The notes under the pieces are model-generated. The model searched no databases and had not been told where the DNA came from. It was given only the letters and a program-made list of their open reading frames with translations. Shown piece by piece: positions 8,555 through 17,964 of a stretch of 64,000 nucleotides of DNA. The DNA comes from Corallococcus interemptor. GTDB taxonomy: Bacteria > Myxococcota > Myxococcia > Myxococcales > Myxococcaceae. Numbering within the stretch: position 1 is the first letter of the stretch; each line of letters begins with the position of its first letter. The stretch is from assembly GCF_042231085.1 (NCBI RefSeq), contig NZ_CP102579.1. One strand, given 5' to 3'. Both the position numbers and the translations under genes were made by a program.

Positions 8555-9633
8555 TGGGACACCAGCGACGTCCGCGTGCCCCGCGCGCGCAGCTCCGCGA
8601 CGAGCCAGCGCGCGCGCGTGTCCCCCACCGTGGCCTGGAAGGTATGCGGCAGCCGGGAGAGCGCGGTGCGCGCCTCGTTGGCTTGCAGCCCCAGCCCCGA
8701 AGACAGCAGCTCCGCGGCCACGGCGGGGTCCTTCGAGTCCTCCACCGTCAGGCGGAAGCTGCGGAAGTTGATGAGCTGCACGGCCAGCTTCGCGCCCGCG
8801 GCCTCCAGGGGCGCGGTGCGCGCCACCACGTCCGCGCGCGACAGCCCCGTGTGCAGCACCACCGGCAGCCGCTTGAGCACCTTCGGCACCAGCGCCGGGG
8901 GCATGCCCGTCTCCCGCACCAGCAGCTCCGGGAAGCCGGCGTCGGCGGGGGCCTCCAGGAGGCTGACGTCGAAGCGCTGGAAGGCGTGATCCAACAACCG
9001 CACCCCACCCCGCGCTCCCAGCTCCCGCCACACGCGCTCCGCCTGCTCGTGCGAGAGGTCCCGGGCCACCAGCGGCGGCTCGCCCGGCGTCACGCCCTGC
9101 GCCTCCAGCACCGAGCGGACCGTCGCGAGGCTGACCGTTTCCGTGGCGAAGACGTCATAGCGGGCGGTGGGCGGATGGCTGGCGTCCACCTCCGCGCCCA
9201 GCGCGGCGAAGCGCTCCCGGAGCGCGTCCACCGTGGCCTGGGACACGGAGCCGACCACCGTGGGCGGCGTGGCGCAGAGCGCCGAGGCGGCGTCCGCCAG
9301 GGGACAGCCCAGGACGGCCGCCAGCTCCGCGCAGACCTCGCGGAAGCGCCCGCCGTCACGCACGTACAGCGCCACGTCGTAGGTCTGCCCGGCGGGAGGA
9401 GGAAGGGGCGCGTCATCCGGCTCCACGACCACGCGCAGGCCCGCGTTGCCCAGCACCTCCGACAGGCCCCGGGCGAGGTCCTCCGGCAGGCCCGACGCCA
9501 GCACCGCGGGGGCGCGGAACAGCCTCGCGGCGAGCTCCGCCGGCGGCAGATCGAAGTGGGGCACCAGGGCGCGGACGATGCTCGCGGAACCCCGGTGCAA
9601 GGAGAGAACAGTGACGCGCCGTGAACCGTCCAT
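8551..9633 (-). CDS. first gene of operon: hypothetical protein with three ~70-aa internal repeats (L7/L12 C-terminal-domain-like by eye)
   Basis: 360 aa, GC3-rich. Repeats such as ...LPPAELAARLFRAPAVLASGLPEDLARGLSEVLGNAGLRVVVE and ...PALVPKVLKRLPVVLHTGLSRADVVARTAPLEAAGAKLAVQL. A divergent promoter region lies upstream. Confidence 0.65.
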   Translation of the reverse strand: MDGSRRVTVLSLHRGSASIVRALVPHFDLPPAELAARLFRAPAVLASGLPEDLARGLSEVLGNAGLRVVVEPDDAPLPPPAGQTYDVALYVRDGGRFREVCAELAAVLGCPLADAASALCATPPTVVGSVSQATVDALRERFAALGAEVDASHPPTARYDVFATETVSLATVRSVLEAQGVTPGEPPLVARDLSHEQAERVWRELGARGGVRLLDHAFQRFDVSLLEAPADAGFPELLVRETGMPPALVPKVLKRLPVVLHTGLSRADVVARTAPLEAAGAKLAVQLINFRSFRLTVEDSKDPAVAAELLSSGLGLQANEARTALSRLPHTFQATVGDTRARWLVAELRARGTRTSLVSQ

Positions 9634-9636
9634 CTG

Positions 9637-9671
9637 GAAACACGAGACACCATCCGGTGTTTCACTGTCAA
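9637..9671. promoter_or_regulatory. imperfect palindrome GAAACAC-N13-GTGTTTC (inner ACACC/GGTGT) plus TTGACA (minus strand) immediately upstream of the operon start codon
   Basis: Read directly in the sequence at 9637-9663. Minus-strand TTGACA at 9671-9666. No convincing -10 element. Confidence 0.3.
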
Positions 9672-9924
9672 CGTTGCGCGACGTGCGACGCGTTTTCCAA
9701 TGTCTGAGAACTGCCTGCTCGCCGCTCTGGATCCAACCTGCTCCGTCATGACGCGGGCTGAAACATGCCCGTGAAACATCCTGGTGGGTCTGGCCGGCGG
9801 GTCGCGCCTGACGGCCTGCCTGCCCGGTCCGTGCTCACGGGCACACTGGCAACGGCTGAAGCGCGCATGGCCATGGCTGGAGGGCCTCCCCATCCTGCCC
9901 CAGCGACATTCACGGGGGTTGGAC

Positions 9925-10554
9925 ATGCGGACAGCGAAATTCTGGATGGGGACGCTGCTGGCGGGGGCGCTGGCGCTGGGCTACGGGTGTGGGAGCGAAG
10001 TGAAGGAGCCGACGCCGCAGGACGCGCCACAGCAGCAGGCCCCGGACTCGGGCACCGACGCGGGCGTGGTGCTGACGCTCAACGACGCGCAGATCGCCCG
10101 CATCCTGCAGGTGGCCAACGAGGGCGAGGTGATGCTGGGCCAGTACGCCGCGCCGCTCGCCACCGAGCAGGCCGTGCGCGACTTCAACAACCAGATGGTG
10201 ACGGAGCACACCGCGGTGAAGCAGCGCCTGGACGCGCTCATCGCGGCCCAGGGCATCACGCCCGAGGACAGCGCGCTGAGCCTCCAGTTGCAGGCGGAGG
10301 TCCAGGAGATGATGCGCATCCTCTCCAGTCCGGAGGCTCCGCCCGTCGGCACCGGGCTCGACCTGGCGCTGATCAGCGCGCAGCTCAACGCGCACGCGCG
10401 CGTCGCCTTCCTCGCGGACAGCCTGCTGTCGCCGCAGATCAAGAACACCGCCCTGGCGCAGGAGGCGACCGCCGAGCGGCAGGCCGTGCAGATGCACATC
10501 AACTCCGCGAGCGACATCCAGTCGAACATCGTGCTGCCGCCCACCACGCCGTAG
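9925..10554 (+). CDS. DUF4142-family lipoprotein
   Basis: Start trimmed to MRTAKFW... with lipobox LALGYGC. Body LNDAQIARILQVANEGEVMLGQYAA...FNNQMVTEHTAVKQRLDAL matches the DUF4142 signature. Confidence 0.8.
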   Translation: MRTAKFWMGTLLAGALALGYGCGSEVKEPTPQDAPQQQAPDSGTDAGVVLTLNDAQIARILQVANEGEVMLGQYAAPLATEQAVRDFNNQMVTEHTAVKQRLDALIAAQGITPEDSALSLQLQAEVQEMMRILSSPEAPPVGTGLDLALISAQLNAHARVAFLADSLLSPQIKNTALAQEATAERQAVQMHINSASDIQSNIVLPPTTP

Positions 10555-10601
10555 CCCGCGCACCGTCCGGAGCGCTTTTTCGGTCTCTGGATGAAAATAC
10601 A

Positions 10602-10632
10602 GCTCGGGCTCTCAGAACCTGAGAGCCCGAGC
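10602..10632. terminator. perfect 14-bp stem / 3-nt loop hairpin (gctcgggctctcag-aac-ctgagagcccgagc); U-tract only on the minus strand
   Basis: Seen directly. 48 nt after the DUF4142 stop and 85 nt before the kinase start. Confidence 0.4.
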
Positions 10633-10716
10633 CTGCTCAGACGACCCGTGGGGGAGGATTCGACCCAGGTGCTTTCCAATCGTGTCGGCCCGGTTTAGTA
10701 GGAATTTGGACCGCCG

Positions 10717-12357
10717 ATGCAAAAGCCAACCGAACCGACCTCCGCGCAGAGCGAGCCGTTGACGACGGGACGGATCCTGCGCTCCACGTATGAGATTGGC
10801 ACCGTGCTGGGCAAGGGTGGGATGGGCGCGGTGTTCCTCGCGCGCCACCTGCGCCTGCCGGGCAAGCAGGTCGCCATCAAGGTGCTGCACGGCGCGGAGG
10901 CGCTGTCGGAAGAGGTGGCGGTGCGCTTCCGGCGCGAGGCGGAGATCGCCTCGCGGCTGGGGCACCCGAACATCGTGGAGGTGCTGGACTTCGACACCCT
11001 GGAGGACGGCACGCCCTTCATGGTGATGGAGTACCTGCGCGGCGAGGGCCTGTCGCGCCGGCTGCGCAAGCAGAAGCAGTTGCCGCTGGAGGAGGTCTTC
11101 TCCATCACGCGGCAGATGGGCGCGGCGTTGCAGGCGGCGCACCGCGCGGGCGTGGTGCACCGCGACCTGAAGCCGGGCAACGTGTTCCTCGTGCCCACGG
11201 AGGCGGGCGGCGTCGTGGGCGAGCGCGTGAAGCTGCTCGACTTCGGCATCTCCAAGCTCGTGGACTCGCGCACGGTGCAGACGCTGGACTCCGTGCTGAT
11301 GGGCACGCCGCAGTACATGGCCCCGGAGCAGGCCATGGGCCACAACAGCAACGTGGACGCGCGCACGGACCTCTTCGCGTTCGGCTGCATCGTCTACGAG
11401 ATGCTCGCGGGCCGGCCGCCCTACTCCGGCGAGAACGTCGCGGAGCTCATCTACCAGATCGTCCACCTGGAGCCCCCGCCGCTCCTGACGCTGGCGCCCC
11501 AGACGCCGCCGCACGTGGTGGCGGCCATCTCCCGCGCGATGGCGAAGAGGCCGGAGGACCGCTACCCGGACGTCGGCGCGTTCATCCTGGAGCTGACGGG
11601 CAGCCCGCTCCAGACGCTCGCGGAAACGAAGCCCGAGCAGCGCTCGCGCCCCCCCCATCCCACGGCCCCGCCGTCCGCGCCGCGTCCGCCGGACCGCGAG
11701 GAGCACATCCCCACGGTGGGCATGCGCCCCCACGCCCCTTCCGGGCCCGAGACGGCGTCCCTGCCCGCGCAGCCGCTGGCCCACGCCCGTCCGAAGTGGC
11801 CGGTGGCCGTGGCCGTGGGGCTGGCGGTCATCGTCGCGTTCGCCGTCGCCTTCTTCTGGAAGCGCCCGGATGTGGCGCCGCCCGCCGCCGTCGTGGCGGA
11901 TCCGCCGGTCCCGCCGCAAGCCCGGCCCGCGGCGCCCGTCACCCCGCCGCCCGCCGTGGTCGTGGCGCAGCCGGTGGATCCGCAGCCGCCCGTGGACCCG
12001 GAGCCCCAGCAGCCACAGCCGACGGGGCCGGAGGAGCCCCGGCAGCCCACCGCGGAGCCGTCCACGGTGACGGCCAGGCCGAAGCCGCGCGGCACCCCGG
12101 AGTCCATGCCGGACAGCGTGCGCGAGGACCTGGCGGCGGCGCAGAAGGCGCTGGACGCGTCCAACACGTCGGAAGCGCTGCGTCACATCCGGCGCAGCCA
12201 GCGCACGAAGATCACCGGCCTGTCGTTCTCGCTGCTCACGCGCGTGTACTGCCAGCAGCACGACCTGGCGAACGCACGGGCGCAATGGACCCGCGTCCCG
12301 GCAACGGAACGTCCAAGGGTCCGACAATACTGTTCGCAGTACGATATCGACCTGTAG
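10717..12357 (+). CDS. Ser/Thr protein kinase with Pro-rich linker, one TM helix and C-terminal extracytoplasmic domain
   Basis: GKGGMGAVFLARH...AIK; HRDLKPGNVFL; DFGISK; APE. TM helix WPVAVAVGLAVIVAFAVAFFW. Confidence 0.9.
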   Translation: MQKPTEPTSAQSEPLTTGRILRSTYEIGTVLGKGGMGAVFLARHLRLPGKQVAIKVLHGAEALSEEVAVRFRREAEIASRLGHPNIVEVLDFDTLEDGTPFMVMEYLRGEGLSRRLRKQKQLPLEEVFSITRQMGAALQAAHRAGVVHRDLKPGNVFLVPTEAGGVVGERVKLLDFGISKLVDSRTVQTLDSVLMGTPQYMAPEQAMGHNSNVDARTDLFAFGCIVYEMLAGRPPYSGENVAELIYQIVHLEPPPLLTLAPQTPPHVVAAISRAMAKRPEDRYPDVGAFILELTGSPLQTLAETKPEQRSRPPHPTAPPSAPRPPDREEHIPTVGMRPHAPSGPETASLPAQPLAHARPKWPVAVAVGLAVIVAFAVAFFWKRPDVAPPAAVVADPPVPPQARPAAPVTPPPAVVVAQPVDPQPPVDPEPQQPQPTGPEEPRQPTAEPSTVTARPKPRGTPESMPDSVREDLAAAQKALDASNTSEALRHIRRSQRTKITGLSFSLLTRVYCQQHDLANARAQWTRVPATERPRVRQYCSQYDIDL

Positions 12358-12417
12358 GGTCGTCCGGGCGCGCGGAAGCTCCAGAGCGGGGGCGCGCCCG
12401 CAATCCAAGGAGTCGTC

Positions 12418-13248
12418 GTGAGAGTGCTACTGGCAGTGGGGGTCGTGGCGCTGTCCCTGGGGTGTACCCGGGGTGTGCGGCCCGACAGCGAGGTGGCGGG
12501 GACGAAGCCCGCCACCGGCAAGGTGTATTCCAACGAGGCCGGCGAGAAGATCACCCTCATCGCGCTGGAGCCCGGTGACGCGAAGAAGGCGCTGGTCGCC
12601 TTCGACGGCACGAAGAGCGAGCTGGACGGCCAGGTGCTGGTCGCCTCCGTGGGCCGGGACAGCCGCGCCATGGAGTACTGGACGCTGTGGCGCGGCCGCA
12701 AGCAGCGCTTCGTCTCCGTGCATGACCGGGGCGGCTACGAGGACCTCGTGTTCAGCGGCGTGAACCACACGGGCTACACGCACCTGAAGCCGGACACGGG
12801 CAAGACGGGCGCGCTGAAGGTGGAGAAGGTCTTCGAGCGCTACCAGGACCTGGAGGGCGACAAGAAGTACCAGGCCCTGCTCGCGTTCGACCGCAAGTTC
12901 TGGGCGAGCCAGGCGGAGACGCAGTTGGCGGAGGCCCTGGAGGCGACGAACAAGGCGTGCGGCTCCAAGCTGACGTCCACCGTGGCCTGGGACTCCATCA
13001 CGGACGAGCAGATCAACGAGATGTCCTTCGGCAGCTACTGCGCGGGCCCGCTGGAGTCGCTCCAGAAGCTGTGCGAGCGCTCCGACGAGGCGAAGCGCAC
13101 CATCCAGCAGAAGCTCCAGACGGTGGAGTGCCGCATGGACGCGAAGGCCGCGCTGAAGCTGGAGGCCCAGAAGGTCATCTGGACCGTGACCTCCGGTGAG
13201 ACGGTCCAGCCGGACGCGACCACCTCCTTCTTCACCGACACCCTCTAG
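12418..13248 (+). CDS. hypothetical lipoprotein (GTG start, lipobox LSLGC)
   Basis: AAGGAG RBS at 12406-12411. Signal peptide plus Cys. Confidence 0.7.
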   Translation: MRVLLAVGVVALSLGCTRGVRPDSEVAGTKPATGKVYSNEAGEKITLIALEPGDAKKALVAFDGTKSELDGQVLVASVGRDSRAMEYWTLWRGRKQRFVSVHDRGGYEDLVFSGVNHTGYTHLKPDTGKTGALKVEKVFERYQDLEGDKKYQALLAFDRKFWASQAETQLAEALEATNKACGSKLTSTVAWDSITDEQINEMSFGSYCAGPLESLQKLCERSDEAKRTIQQKLQTVECRMDAKAALKLEAQKVIWTVTSGETVQPDATTSFFTDTL

Positions 13249-13265
13249 AACGAAAGCCCACTGAC

Positions 13266-14081
13266 ATGACTCTTCGACGCATGGTCATCGCCCTGGGGCT
13301 CGTCCTGGCCCCGCAAGCCGCGCTCGCGATGGATCCCCCCTGGGGCAAGGAGCAGAAGCTGCGCGAGCGCATGGTGCTGGAGTCCGCGAAGGTCTGCGCG
13401 GACGGCAAGGGCCACTACACGGTCCTCCTGCCCCAGACGCCCGAGCACGACGGCGAGCTGTACTACGGGGACGGCAAGACGTTCACGCAGGTGGCGCCCG
13501 TGGGCTACCCCAACGCCACGGAGGGCGGCTTCTTCGAGCCCCGCTTCTTCAACCCCAAGGCCAACGACAACTTCCGCGGCATGGACTACCGGGTCGTGTC
13601 GTACCTGAAGCTCAGCGAGGACCAGAAGACGTGCACGCTGAGCTGCGGGGAGAAGACCCTGCCGCAGCAGCCGGTGCCCGCGGACCAGGCCCGGGAGCTG
13701 CTGCGCAAGGCGGCCTACCAGCCCAACCCGGTGAAGTTCCAGCCGTACGCGCTGCTGCGCGACGACAAGGGCGTCTACTACCTGGTGGAGCGCGGCATCG
13801 GCGCGGACAACAAGAGCTTCCGCATCTTCACGGGCCAGCGCGGCCAGGTGAAGCAGCAGAAGATGCTCAACGTCGTCACCGACTCGCAGGGGGAGATCTT
13901 CTCCACGCAGGGCGGCGACCTGCGCCTCGTGGTGGACCGCGAGGAGCCGTCGTTCTGGGTGGTGAAGAGCAAGCGCCAGAAGCTGCGCGCGGTGCCGGTA
14001 GGTGAGAACCTGCCCTTCATCTACAACGAGCTGGGCGTCTACACGGGCGCGCGGCTGGGCACGCCCTGCGACGACGTGTAG
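13266..14081 (+). CDS. secreted hypothetical protein
   Basis: Signal peptide MTLRRMVIALGLVLAPQAALA. 17 nt after the upstream gene. Confidence 0.7.
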   Translation: MTLRRMVIALGLVLAPQAALAMDPPWGKEQKLRERMVLESAKVCADGKGHYTVLLPQTPEHDGELYYGDGKTFTQVAPVGYPNATEGGFFEPRFFNPKANDNFRGMDYRVVSYLKLSEDQKTCTLSCGEKTLPQQPVPADQARELLRKAAYQPNPVKFQPYALLRDDKGVYYLVERGIGADNKSFRIFTGQRGQVKQQKMLNVVTDSQGEIFSTQGGDLRLVVDREEPSFWVVKSKRQKLRAVPVGENLPFIYNELGVYTGARLGTPCDDV

Positions 14082-14111
14082 TGCCCAGGTGACGGGGAGC
14101 CCCGGGCACGG

Positions 14112-16880
14112 TCAGCCGTTGAGCACCTTCACGGCCTTGACCATGTCCGGGGCCAGCTCCTCGTGCTCCAGGAGCGTGAACCCCAGCTTCTTGCTGACGG
14201 CCTGCATGCCGCGGTTGCGCGTGAGGATGTCCGCGACGATGCGGCGCAGGCCCCAGTCCTTCCCGATGTCCACCAGCCGCCGCAAGAGCTCCGTGCCCAG
14301 GCCCAGCCGCTGGGCCGTGTCGCTGACGGTGATGGCGAACTCCGCGTCCTTCGTGCCGCGCAGGCGCGTGAGCCGGCCCACCGCCAGAATCTCTCCCCCG
14401 CCCTTCCCGTCCGGGGACGGCCTCTCCGCGACGAGCGCCATCTCCCGCGCGTAGTCGTTGAAGCAGATGCGCGCCAGGCGCTCATGGGCCACGCGCTGGC
14501 TGAGCTTCATCAGGCCCGCGTAGCGCATGAACACGGTCTGCTCGGAGAGGGCCTGGTGGAAGCGGCCCATGGCGGGCTCGTCCTCCGGGCGGATGGGGCG
14601 CACCAGGAGCTGCTCGCCGTTCTTCAGCGTGAGCACCTTCGCGTACTGGTGCGGGTACGGTTCGATGGCGAGCTTCGGCAGCGACGCTGCCTGCACGTCC
14701 GGCGGGTGCAGCACCACGCGCGCGTCCAGCGCGATGATGCGCTCACCGGAGACGAGCAGCGGGTTGATGTCCAGCTCGCGGATGAAGGGCTGCTCCACCA
14801 CCAGTTGGCTGAAGCGCACCATCAGCCGCTCCAGCGCGCCCAGGTCCACGGGGGCCCGGCCGCGCACGCCCTTGAGCGCGTGGTGGATGCGCGTGCGCTC
14901 CATCATCCGCCGCGCCAGCGTGGTGGTGAGCGGCGGCAGGCCCAGGGCCCGGTCCTGCATCACCTCCACCAGCGTGCCGCCCGCGCCGAAGAGCAGCACC
15001 GGCCCGAACTGCGCGTCCAGGCTGCTGCCCAGGATGAGCTCGTAGCCGTCCAGCTTCGCCATGGGCTGCACGGTGACGCCCTGGAGCGCGTCCTGGAGGC
15101 CCCGCTCCGCGAGCGCGTCGCGGATGGCGCGGTACGCGTCCCGCACCTGGGCCTCGTCGCGCAGGTCCAGCCGCACGCCGCCCACGTCCGTCTTGTGCGT
15201 CACCGTGAGCGAGTGCAGCTTGAGCACCACGGGGAAGCCCAGCGCGCGGGCCTTCTCCACCGCCTCGTCCTCCGTCGTGGCGAGCCACGTCTCCACGGTG
15301 GGGATGCCGTAGGCGGCCAGCAGGCGCTTGGACTCGTGCTCGGACAGGAGGGTGCGGCCGGAGGCGCGGGCCTCGTCCACCAGGGCGCGGGCGACGTCGC
15401 GGCCTCCGCCGGTGGGCTCCTCCGCCAGCGTGGGCGTCTCATAGAGCCCGGCGATGTTGTCCGAGTAGCGCCACATGTAGTTGAAGACGCGGGCCGCGGT
15501 GTCCGGGTAGCCGAAGGTCGGGATGCCCGCGTCGTTGAGGATGCGCTCGCCCGCGGCGACCTCGGAGCCCCCCATCCAACTGGCGAGCACGGGCTTGCCG
15601 GGCAGCTTCGCGTAGCCCTTGAGGCGGTCCGCCGTCTGGGTGGGCTCCGTCATGTCCTGCGGGGTGAGGATGACGAGCAGGCCGTCGCTGTTGGGGTCCG
15701 CGCCGGTGGTCTCCAGCGCCTTCGCGTAGCGCTCCGCGTCCGCGTCTCCCAGGATGTCCACCGGGTTGGCGTGGCTCCACGGCGGCGGCAGGAAGCCGTC
15801 CAACTGCTTCCGGGTGTCGTCGGACAGCACGGCCAGCTCCCCGCCGCCGGACACGAGCGCGTCCGTGGCGAGCACCGCGGGGCCGCCCGCGTTGGTGAGC
15901 AGCGTGAGCCTGCGGCCGGAGGGCCGGGGCTGGCGGGCCAGCACCTCCGCCATGTGGAACAGGTCCTCGATGGAGTCCACGCGCAGCACGCCCGCGCGGC
16001 GGAAGGCGGCGGAGAGCACCTCGTCGCTGCCGGCGAGCGTGCCGGTGTGGGACGCGGCGGCCTGCGCGGCCTGCGCGGTGCGGCCGGCCTTGATGACGAT
16101 GATGGGCTTGGTGAGGGCCACCTCGCGCGCGGCGGACAGGAAGGCGCGCGCGTCGCCGATGGACTCCATGTACAGCAGGATGGAGCGCGTCATCGGATCA
16201 TCCGCGAGGAAGTCGATGAGGTCCCCCCAGCCCACGTCCAGCATGGAGCCCACGGAGACGAAGGCGCTGAAGCCCACGGCCTCGCGCAGGCTCCAGTCGA
16301 GGATGGAGGTGAGCAGCGCGCCGGACTGGCTGATGAAGGCCACGTTGCCGGGGCGGGCCATGCCCTTGGCGAAGGTGGCGTTGAAGCCACTGGTGGGGCG
16401 CATCACGCCCAGGCAGTTGGGCCCGATGATGCGCAGGTTCGCGGCCTGCGCGATGTGCAGCACCTCCTGCTCCAGCTTCGCGCCCTCCGGCCCCGTCTCC
16501 TTGAAGCCCGCGGAGATGATGATGACGCCCTTGACGCCGACCTCCGCGCACTCGCGGATGATGGCCGGCACGGACTTCGCGGGGGTGACGATGACGGCCA
16601 GGTCCACCGGCTCCGGCAGCGCGCGTAAGGAAGGCCACGCCTTGATGCCGAGCACGTTGGGCCGCTGCGGGTTCACCGGGTAGACGGTGCCGCCGAACGG
16701 GCTGCTGATGAGGTTCCAGAGGACGGTGCGGCCCACGCTGCCGGGCCGCTCGCTCGCCCCCACCACCGCGACGCTGCGGGGGGAGAAGATGACCTCCAGC
16801 GGCTGACGGGTCCGCTGGTGGAGCAGGTCGATGGAGGGGTCCGTCCGGGCCGGGGGCTTGGCGGGGCGTTGCTCGTCCAT
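14112..16880 (-). CDS. bifunctional acyl-CoA synthetase (NDP-forming)-like / GNAT protein acetyltransferase (Pat-like)
   Basis: Start trimmed to MDEQRPAK (cat 16878-16880). CoA-binding and ATP-grasp regions ([14 protein letters not shown]...). C-terminal GNAT (...AVGRLTRL...[14 protein letters not shown]...). Confidence 0.85.
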   Translation of the reverse strand: MDEQRPAKPPARTDPSIDLLHQRTRQPLEVIFSPRSVAVVGASERPGSVGRTVLWNLISSPFGGTVYPVNPQRPNVLGIKAWPSLRALPEPVDLAVIVTPAKSVPAIIRECAEVGVKGVIIISAGFKETGPEGAKLEQEVLHIAQAANLRIIGPNCLGVMRPTSGFNATFAKGMARPGNVAFISQSGALLTSILDWSLREAVGFSAFVSVGSMLDVGWGDLIDFLADDPMTRSILLYMESIGDARAFLSAAREVALTKPIIVIKAGRTAQAAQAAASHTGTLAGSDEVLSAAFRRAGVLRVDSIEDLFHMAEVLARQPRPSGRRLTLLTNAGGPAVLATDALVSGGGELAVLSDDTRKQLDGFLPPPWSHANPVDILGDADAERYAKALETTGADPNSDGLLVILTPQDMTEPTQTADRLKGYAKLPGKPVLASWMGGSEVAAGERILNDAGIPTFGYPDTAARVFNYMWRYSDNIAGLYETPTLAEEPTGGGRDVARALVDEARASGRTLLSEHESKRLLAAYGIPTVETWLATTEDEAVEKARALGFPVVLKLHSLTVTHKTDVGGVRLDLRDEAQVRDAYRAIRDALAERGLQDALQGVTVQPMAKLDGYELILGSSLDAQFGPVLLFGAGGTLVEVMQDRALGLPPLTTTLARRMMERTRIHHALKGVRGRAPVDLGALERLMVRFSQLVVEQPFIRELDINPLLVSGERIIALDARVVLHPPDVQAASLPKLAIEPYPHQYAKVLTLKNGEQLLVRPIRPEDEPAMGRFHQALSEQTVFMRYAGLMKLSQRVAHERLARICFNDYAREMALVAERPSPDGKGGGEILAVGRLTRLRGTKDAEFAITVSDTAQRLGLGTELLRRLVDIGKDWGLRRIVADILTRNRGMQAVSKKLGFTLLEHEELAPDMVKAVKVLNG

Positions 16881-17019
16881 GGTGCGCTCGTCTTCGGTGG
16901 GGTGACCGTACCGGAGCAATCTCCGGCAGGCCCCCATCGTGCACCAGTTGTCAGGGAGGGGGCGGGGCAGCGCACGTCTCCCCCTCCTGTTGCTGATACG
17001 AGCGAACAGGCGGGCGCTG

Positions 17020-17913
17020 TCAGGACGCGCGCGCCCGCTCCACCGCCGGCTTGAGCACGGTGCTGGCGAACTCCGCCAGCGTGGTGGGCGTGGTGGTCTC
17101 CTTCGAGCGCGGCTCCGCCGAAGCCATGCGCCCGTCCTGGATGGCGCCGTACATCTCCACGAAGGTGTCCGCCGCGAAGGCGGGCATGCCCGCGCCCAGC
17201 ATCCCCTTGCGCAGGTCGTCCAGCCCCACCCGCACGTACTTCACGGGCTGGCCCAGCACCTGGGTGAGGATGCTGGCGACCTCCGGATAGGTGAGGTCCT
17301 TGGGCCCGTGCACGCCCACGTAGCGGTGGCCCGTCCATGAAGGGTCCAGCAGGAACTCGGCGGCCTTGGCCGCGATGTCCGCGGTGGCGACCATGGGGAA
17401 GGGCTGGGTCTCCGGGTTCGAGCTGTAGAGCGCGCCCGCCTTCGCCAGACCCGGCACGTCGCGCAGCAGGTTCTCCATGAAGAAGCCCGCGCGCAGGCTG
17501 ACGACGTCCGGCGCCGCCGCCTGGAAGGCCTCTTCGATGGACTTCAGCGCGGACACCGGCCCGGTGCCCGCCCCGCTCTGCGCGCCGACGCTGGAGAGCA
17601 TCACCACGCGCTTCACGCCGTGCGCCTTCACGCGCTCCGCGGCCCGCTGGCCGTTGGCCTTCGCCCAGTCGTGGAAGTCCGGGCGGATGGCGGGCGGAGA
17701 CAGCCAGAACAGCGCCTCCGCGCCCGCGAGCGCCGCGTCCAGCGTGGCCTGCTCGTCGATGGAGCCCTGCACCAGCTTCGCGCCCTGCTTCACCAGGTCC
17801 GCCACCTTCTCCGGCGTGCGCGAGATGAGGGTGACCTTCCTGCCCGCCTTGAGCAGCTTCTCCACGAGGGGACGACCGATGTTGCCGTTCGGGGTGTTGA
17901 TGACGATGGACAT
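17020..17913 (-). CDS. NmrA-family NAD(P)-binding protein
   Basis: [32 protein letters not shown]... Rossmann motif. The track ORF is N-terminally over-extended. Confidence 0.8.
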   Translation of the reverse strand: MSIVINTPNGNIGRPLVEKLLKAGRKVTLISRTPEKVADLVKQGAKLVQGSIDEQATLDAALAGAEALFWLSPPAIRPDFHDWAKANGQRAAERVKAHGVKRVVMLSSVGAQSGAGTGPVSALKSIEEAFQAAAPDVVSLRAGFFMENLLRDVPGLAKAGALYSSNPETQPFPMVATADIAAKAAEFLLDPSWTGHRYVGVHGPKDLTYPEVASILTQVLGQPVKYVRVGLDDLRKGMLGAGMPAFAADTFVEMYGAIQDGRMASAEPRSKETTTPTTLAEFASTVLKPAVERARAS

Positions 17914-17964
17914 GGGGTGCCTCCAGCGACCGCGAGATGGCGGAACAGTGCCCCCGCGCCCTGC

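Noticed and set aside
8006-9031. 341-aa version of the TPR-like ORF (and similar N-terminal extensions of the genes at 17020, 19644, 29655, 31846, 51262, 53119, 59235)
   Set aside because: The track reports the longest ATG/GTG-to-stop frame. The extensions are low-complexity, overlap the upstream gene, and precede a well-placed internal start matching the known family N-terminus (e.g. MNVLVTGG for Rfb[10 protein letters not shown] for RfbA). I trimmed these to the internal start.
12366-12399. GGGCGCGC...GCGCGCCC inverted repeat after the kinase stop as a terminator
   Set aside because: The 8-bp stem has an 18-nt loop and no U-tract. The next gene starts 19 nt later with its own RBS, so this is more likely just the spacer of an operon. 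I did not call it.
16955-16987. GGAGGGGG / CCCCCTCC inverted repeat downstream of the NmrA-like gene
   Set aside because: It has a 17-nt loop and no U-rich tail on the relevant (minus) strand. The evidence for a terminator is too weak.
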